DNA of 64,000 bases, from positions 3,136,001 to 3,200,000 of the forward strand of contig OY762721.1 in assembly GCA_963666345.1 (NCBI GenBank), written 5' to 3'. The position numbers and the translations under genes were made by a program. Shown piece after piece: positions 59,415 through 64,000 of the stretch (positions within the stretch are counted from its first letter, which is position 1; each line of letters begins with the position of its first letter). The stretch is from Desulfatiglandales bacterium. GTDB taxonomy: Bacteria > Desulfobacterota > DSM-4660 > Desulfatiglandales > Desulfatiglandaceae. Below the pieces are notes generated by a model that was not told where the DNA came from, did no database searches, and was given only the letters and a program-made list of their open reading frames with translations.

Positions 59415-59887
59415 AAAAATTCGTCCTGATTGTCGATCATGAAGCCTGCTGGGGATGCAGGACATGCGAAGTGGCATGCAAACAGGAATTAGATGTGCCT
59501 GATGGAGTCAAATTGATTTCAGTTACCGAAGACAGCCCCAGGATGGTTGACGGCCGTCCGGAGTTTGTATTTCGCGTTAATATCTGCAGACACTGCGATG
59601 ATCCCCCATGCGCAGCAGTATGCCCTGAAGAGGCGATAGAAAAAAGAGAAGACGGAATCGTTATAATGAACTATGACAGATGCACGGGTTGCCGGGCGTG
59701 CATCGAGGAGTGTACTTATGATGCCATCTCTTTTGACGGAGACAAGGGCATCGCCCAGAAGTGCAATCTCTGTTATCACAGGGTTGATGCAGGTTTGATC
59801 CCTGCATGTGCGGACAATGTCTGCCTTGCCCACTGTATCTATTTCGGTGATCCGGATGAGATGAAAATCAGGCACAAGCCGGATTAA
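59411..59887 (+). CDS. 4Fe-4S dicluster (DmsB/NrfC-like) electron-transfer subunit
   Basis: CWGCRTCEVACK, CRHCDDPPCAAVCP, CTGCRACIEEC, KCNLC...PAC. Confidence 0.93.
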   Translation: MKKFVLIVDHEACWGCRTCEVACKQELDVPDGVKLISVTEDSPRMVDGRPEFVFRVNICRHCDDPPCAAVCPEEAIEKREDGIVIMNYDRCTGCRACIEECTYDAISFDGDKGIAQKCNLCYHRVDAGLIPACADNVCLAHCIYFGDPDEMKIRHKPD

Positions 59888-59894
59888 TGTTTTC

Positions 59895-60116
59895 TTATAT
59901 CGTCTCCCTGACTACTTCTTCGATCTGGTTGGCATTCATAATGCCGAGATCCAGCAGTATCTCTCCTACCTGGCGGTGGGCCTCGAACTGTACATCCTCT
60001 CGAATCTGAATGGAAATTGCCTTTATGAGATCTTCCTCCGTGATAAATCCCTTTTTAATAGCGATGAGTCCGAAGCGTTTCTCGTAATGTTTTATCCCTT
60101 TTGGCTTATCGGTCAT
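59895..60116 (-). CDS. Small stand-alone MshEN/GSPII_N-like protein (73 aa)
   Basis: RFGLIAIKKGFITEEDLIKAISIQ...QVGEILLDLGIM; RBS AAGGAG. Confidence 0.75.
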   Translation of the reverse strand: MTDKPKGIKHYEKRFGLIAIKKGFITEEDLIKAISIQIREDVQFEAHRQVGEILLDLGIMNANQIEEVVRETI

Positions 60117-60311
60117 TAAATGGAACTCCTTTATCAATTTGTCAGTTCGTGTGCGCCGAATTTCCCCTGCTGGCGATATCGGGTTAAGATTCGTCTGCTC
60201 ATGCAGGTCCGGCTTCTTCATCCGATAGAAGTATTGTCGTGTCGTGAGCCTTTCGGCCCCAAACATTAAACAGTCCTTTATGCAGAAGGTGTTCTCAGAT
60301 CGCTCCGGATT

Positions 60312-61244
60312 TCAAGTTGCTAGTTGTTGGGCATTCAACAGGCCGGGTTTAAGTGCCGCATAGGCGATTTTCATCACAGGCGTGGGAACTCCAAGTTCTT
60401 TTCCCAGGCGTACCACGACTCCTATTATCGATTCCAGTTCGCTTATGCCTCCTGCCTCGACATCCCTCTGCATTGAGGGTTTTATACCCGGTGCGCTTTC
60501 ATCAAAGAATGCAAGTGTCTTATCCACGATGTCAGGGTCGAGCATCACGCCCTTCGCATCCGCCACGGCCGCCACTTCCCTCATCGCCTCTCTCAGGATC
60601 TCTCGCGATTCCGGCACATCTTTGTACTCGCCGAATGTCACGCGGGTAAGCGCACCGAGTGTGCTGACCGATGCTATAAAAACGAATTTGGCCCAGATGA
60701 CCTCGGAGATATTATCCACGGTTTCAACCGTAGCGCCTGTGTCTTCAAACAGTTTGCCGACAGCCTGAAGGCGCTGGCTCATGCGTCCGTCAGGCTCACC
60801 CAGTTTTATTCGCCTGAATTTACTGTATTGCCTGATAACTCCGGGTGACTCAATAGCGGCCGAGACCCATGTGGCTCCCCCCAGAAGGTGTTCATCGCCC
60901 AGTATGGCCCCTGTTCGCTTCAAAGAATCAACCCCGTTCTGGAATGATAAGACCGAGGTGTCAGGCTCAACTATCGGCATGATAAGCCTTGCAGCCTCCT
61001 CTGTGTGATATGTCTTTATGGTGAATAAAACCAGATCCACAGGCTCTATTTCTTTTGGGTTGTCGGTTGCCCTGGCAGGAGAAACAAGAAAATCACCATA
61101 CACGCTTTTTATCTGAAGACCTTTCTCGCAAATGGCCTTAAGATGTGCACCACGCGCAATGAATGTGACATCATGGCCCGAGCGGGCCAGCATGCCCCCG
61201 TAATAACCTCCCACACCGCCGGTCCCCATGATTGCGATTTTCAT
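60312..61244 (-). CDS. panE: 2-dehydropantoate 2-reductase (ApbA/PanE family)
   Basis: GTGGVGGYYG, IKTY, FQNG, WAKF, SMQRD...ELE. Confidence 0.9.
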   Translation of the reverse strand: MKIAIMGTGGVGGYYGGMLARSGHDVTFIARGAHLKAICEKGLQIKSVYGDFLVSPARATDNPKEIEPVDLVLFTIKTYHTEEAARLIMPIVEPDTSVLSFQNGVDSLKRTGAILGDEHLLGGATWVSAAIESPGVIRQYSKFRRIKLGEPDGRMSQRLQAVGKLFEDTGATVETVDNISEVIWAKFVFIASVSTLGALTRVTFGEYKDVPESREILREAMREVAAVADAKGVMLDPDIVDKTLAFFDESAPGIKPSMQRDVEAGGISELESIIGVVVRLGKELGVPTPVMKIAYAALKPGLLNAQQLAT

Positions 61245-61648
61245 ACTGCCTCCATTTTTTAATGACTTCTTTTTTTGAAACCAAAGCTATCCGTGCCATT
61301 GATCTCTCGGCCGGTATTTTAATCGGGCCGGGAAAATATGTTCCACTATAGCAGAAGAATCTGCAAATGTGGACCATCTCCCGATCAGTCGGTTCAAAAC
61401 AGGGCTGAATAAGGAACCTTCCTTGGTTGAGCAGGGGTGCGGCATGGAAGGGGCCGAAGGGGGATGACCGAGTTATATGTGCTGTGCATCAGGGATGATG
61501 CTGCGGGGGTTACTCAGGGCGTAACTGGACATTTTGCCTATCTGATGTTAAAAAATATTATCGGGCTATGGTATTGATATGGCAAAAGAATAAAATATCG
61601 GCCGGTTCATGACCAAATTCCTGTAGCGATTATCTTAAGAGGAAGTAT

Positions 61649-63181
61649 ATGGGCAAGAAGATTTCCCTTGTTCTAGGGCTTTTGATATCCATGGCTACTG
61701 TTTTCATCACTCCTGTATATGGTTCTACAAGGGGCCTTGTCGTAAGCTCAAGCGACGGCCGGAAGATTCATTTCTATGATGATTATCATGCCCTGGTGAT
61801 AGGGGTATCAAATTACAGACACTGGCCCAAACTTCCATACGCAGTGGATGATGCAAAAGAGGTGGCGGGTAAGCTGAAACAGCTTGGTTTTGAGACAAAA
61901 TTGTGTCTAGATCCAACTTACAGAGATATGAAGGCGGCCCTGACAGATATGACTTACAATGTGGGCGATGAACCAGACCGGGCACTGCTATTGTACTATG
62001 CAGGTCACGGAGAGACCGAGTCTCTTGCCGACAAAACAAAGATGGGATATATCATCCCTTCAGACTGCCCTCTTATAAGAACAAATCCCCTTGAATTTTC
62101 CAACCGTGCAATAAGTATGCGGGAGATAGAGTCCGTGTCTCTCAAGATAAGATCCAGGCATGTACTGATGCTTTTTGATTCATGTTTCTCAGGATCGATA
62201 TTTTCCCTTGTGCGGGCAGTACCTGACGATATTTCAGAAAAGAGCACCCTTCCGGTAAGACAATACATCACTGCAGGAAAAAGCGACGAGGTCGTGCCTG
62301 ACAGAAGCATGTTTAAAAGGTGTCTTCTTATAGGTCTTGAAGGGGATGCCGATTTTACGGGTGACGGATATATAACGGGAACCGAACTTGGCATGTATCT
62401 TTCAGACAAGGTGGTCAACTATACCAAACGGAGGCAGCATCCCCAATACGGAAAGATAAACAACCCTCAGTTGGACAGAGGTGATTTTATCTTTATACCC
62501 AGGAAACCGGTCCCTGATGATGTGGCCGATTCTAAGGCGGTAAAAGATGAACAAGACAGGCTCGTTGCTCTGGAAATGGAAAAATTGAGGAGAGAGAATG
62601 AAGAGCTGAAAAAGATGAAAGACCTGATCGATGAAAATAGAAGGCTTAAGGAGGGATTCCGACCAGTTGAGTCACAAAAGGAAATAAAAGGGGCCTCTTT
62701 ATCCCGGCACAATGACAGGACAAGGTTTAAGGTAGCTATTTTCCCATTTTATTTAATAGAATTTGACAGACAATTTCATTCAGAGGTTGTTGGTAATATC
62801 TTTGAAACCCTGGAAAAACAGATGGATATTGAAACCCTGTTTACCTGTTACCGTATCAAAACCGATAAAAAATATGTGAAAGACATAAAGGGGTCAATCG
62901 GGCGAAAAGAGATATGGAAAGAAGGTTTTTTCTCCGAGCCCGAACCTATCCTGGAAACCATAACAAGGAAAGGGAATGATATCGGTGCGGATCTGGTCAT
63001 AACCTATTATCTTGAAGGCGTTAATGAGGGGGATTTATCCGCCTATCTGATTGATATAAAAAAATCCAAAATATATAACGTCAAAGGCTCCTATATGGGG
63101 CGTGATGTTCGGACGGTTGAAACCGAGATGTTAAACAATCAGCTGGTTGAAAAATTTTTGAAAAACCGTCAGGCACCTTGA
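61649..63181 (+). CDS. Secreted caspase-like (peptidase C14) protein with coiled coil and unknown C-terminal domain
   Basis: Signal peptide; HALVIGVSNY, YYAGHG (His), FDSCFSG (Cys). Confidence 0.88.
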   Translation: MGKKISLVLGLLISMATVFITPVYGSTRGLVVSSSDGRKIHFYDDYHALVIGVSNYRHWPKLPYAVDDAKEVAGKLKQLGFETKLCLDPTYRDMKAALTDMTYNVGDEPDRALLLYYAGHGETESLADKTKMGYIIPSDCPLIRTNPLEFSNRAISMREIESVSLKIRSRHVLMLFDSCFSGSIFSLVRAVPDDISEKSTLPVRQYITAGKSDEVVPDRSMFKRCLLIGLEGDADFTGDGYITGTELGMYLSDKVVNYTKRRQHPQYGKINNPQLDRGDFIFIPRKPVPDDVADSKAVKDEQDRLVALEMEKLRRENEELKKMKDLIDENRRLKEGFRPVESQKEIKGASLSRHNDRTRFKVAIFPFYLIEFDRQFHSEVVGNIFETLEKQMDIETLFTCYRIKTDKKYVKDIKGSIGRKEIWKEGFFSEPEPILETITRKGNDIGADLVITYYLEGVNEGDLSAYLIDIKKSKIYNVKGSYMGRDVRTVETEMLNNQLVEKFLKNRQAP

Positions 63182-63275
63182 AGCTCTATTCGTATGAGGC
63201 ATCCCCTGACAGATATGACCTGCAATATGGTGTTCGCATCCAGTTCAAACTGATACTCCAAAGGAGATGAAATTA

Positions 63276-64000
63276 ATGGCAGATAACAAACTCGTAGTGA
63301 CGGTAAGCGTTACAGGCAGCATGGGGGCGGCAGATACCCCTTACCTTCCGGTCACTCCCAGGCAGATAGCCGAAAGCGCCGTTGAGGCAGGTAAAGCAGG
63401 TGCATCAGTGGCCCATATACACGTGCGGGATCCGGAAACAGGAACACCGGCCATGGGATTTGATCTCTACAGGGAGGTGGTGGAGCGCATCAGGGATCAC
63501 TCCGATCTTATCATCAACCTGACCACGGGGGCGGGTGCCAGGGTAATCCCGGATGGAAACGATCCGGTCGGGCTGGCAGAAGGCTCCACTCTTGCCCCGC
63601 CTGAAAAGCGCGTGGAGCATGTGCTCAAGTTAAGGCCTGAGCTCTGTTCCCTGGACGTGGGGTCCATGGATTTCGGTCCGCATGTGTTTGTAAACTACAG
63701 TGCGCATGTCGATATTATGGCCGAGCAGATCCGAGATGCAGGAGTTATTCCTGAACTGGAGGTGTTCAGCCTGGGGCATATCGAAATCGCCAAACGCTTG
63801 ATTGAAACAGGAAGGGTCAAAAACCCGCCCCTTTTTCAGTTGTGTATGGGAATCCCCTGGGGCATTCCCGCCAACACTCAGAACATGGTGTCCATGGTCC
63901 AGGCACTGCCCAAAGACGCCATCTGGGCGGGCTTTGGAGTCTCCGCCGGCTGCTTTCCCATGATGGCGCAGTCCGCGATCCTGGGCGGAAATATCAGGGT
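63276..64000 (+). CDS. Beta-keto acid cleavage enzyme (BKACE/Kce, DUF849), 3'-truncated by window edge; not in the ORF track
   Basis: MADNKLVVTVSVTGS...PVTP.QIA...AGASVAHIHVRDPETG...INLTTG...PELCSLDVGSMDF...PELEVF...LGGNIR; RBS AAGGAG. Confidence 0.92.
   Translation, partial: MADNKLVVTVSVTGSMGAADTPYLPVTPRQIAESAVEAGKAGASVAHIHVRDPETGTPAMGFDLYREVVERIRDHSDLIINLTTGAGARVIPDGNDPVGLAEGSTLAPPEKRVEHVLKLRPELCSLDVGSMDFGPHVFVNYSAHVDIMAEQIRDAGVIPELEVFSLGHIEIAKRLIETGRVKNPPLFQLCMGIPWGIPANTQNMVSMVQALPKDAIWAGFGVSAGCFPMMAQSAILGGNIR

Overview
64 kb of bacterial chromosome. The gene content (Vor-type 2-oxoacid:ferredoxin oxidoreductase, TRAP and ABC transporters, Mo/W oxidoreductase, sigma54 promoters) suggests an anaerobic Desulfobacterota (deltaproteobacterial) organism; this is an inference. 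The left 15 kb is mostly housekeeping: 3' part of smc, comEC, murA, rsmG, LOG, a four-subunit OFOR, nfo and a stand-alone IMP cyclohydrolase. The rest is accessory: a ~2080-aa secreted tandem-VWA protein, two osmoprotectant ABC importers (one behind an EctR/CosR-like MarR), two TRAP systems, a GldAFG-like exporter with DUF4340, a stand-alone archaeal-type ThrRS editing domain, a GYF_2-AIM24/DUF533 pair, an acetylene-hydratase-like Mo/W enzyme with a ferredoxin partner, a secreted caspase-like protein and a truncated BKACE gene. Features absent from the ORF track: a small ORF at 41489 whose CVA-UGA is followed by a SECIS-like hairpin (candidate new CxxU selenoprotein, the best lead), an IS21 istB remnant cut by a palindromic MITE, a 314-bp MITE with TIRs and an 8-bp target duplication, two more small ORFs, and several promoters and operators. 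No rRNA, tRNA or CRISPR array was seen. Product names come from motif recognition by eye, not from database searches.
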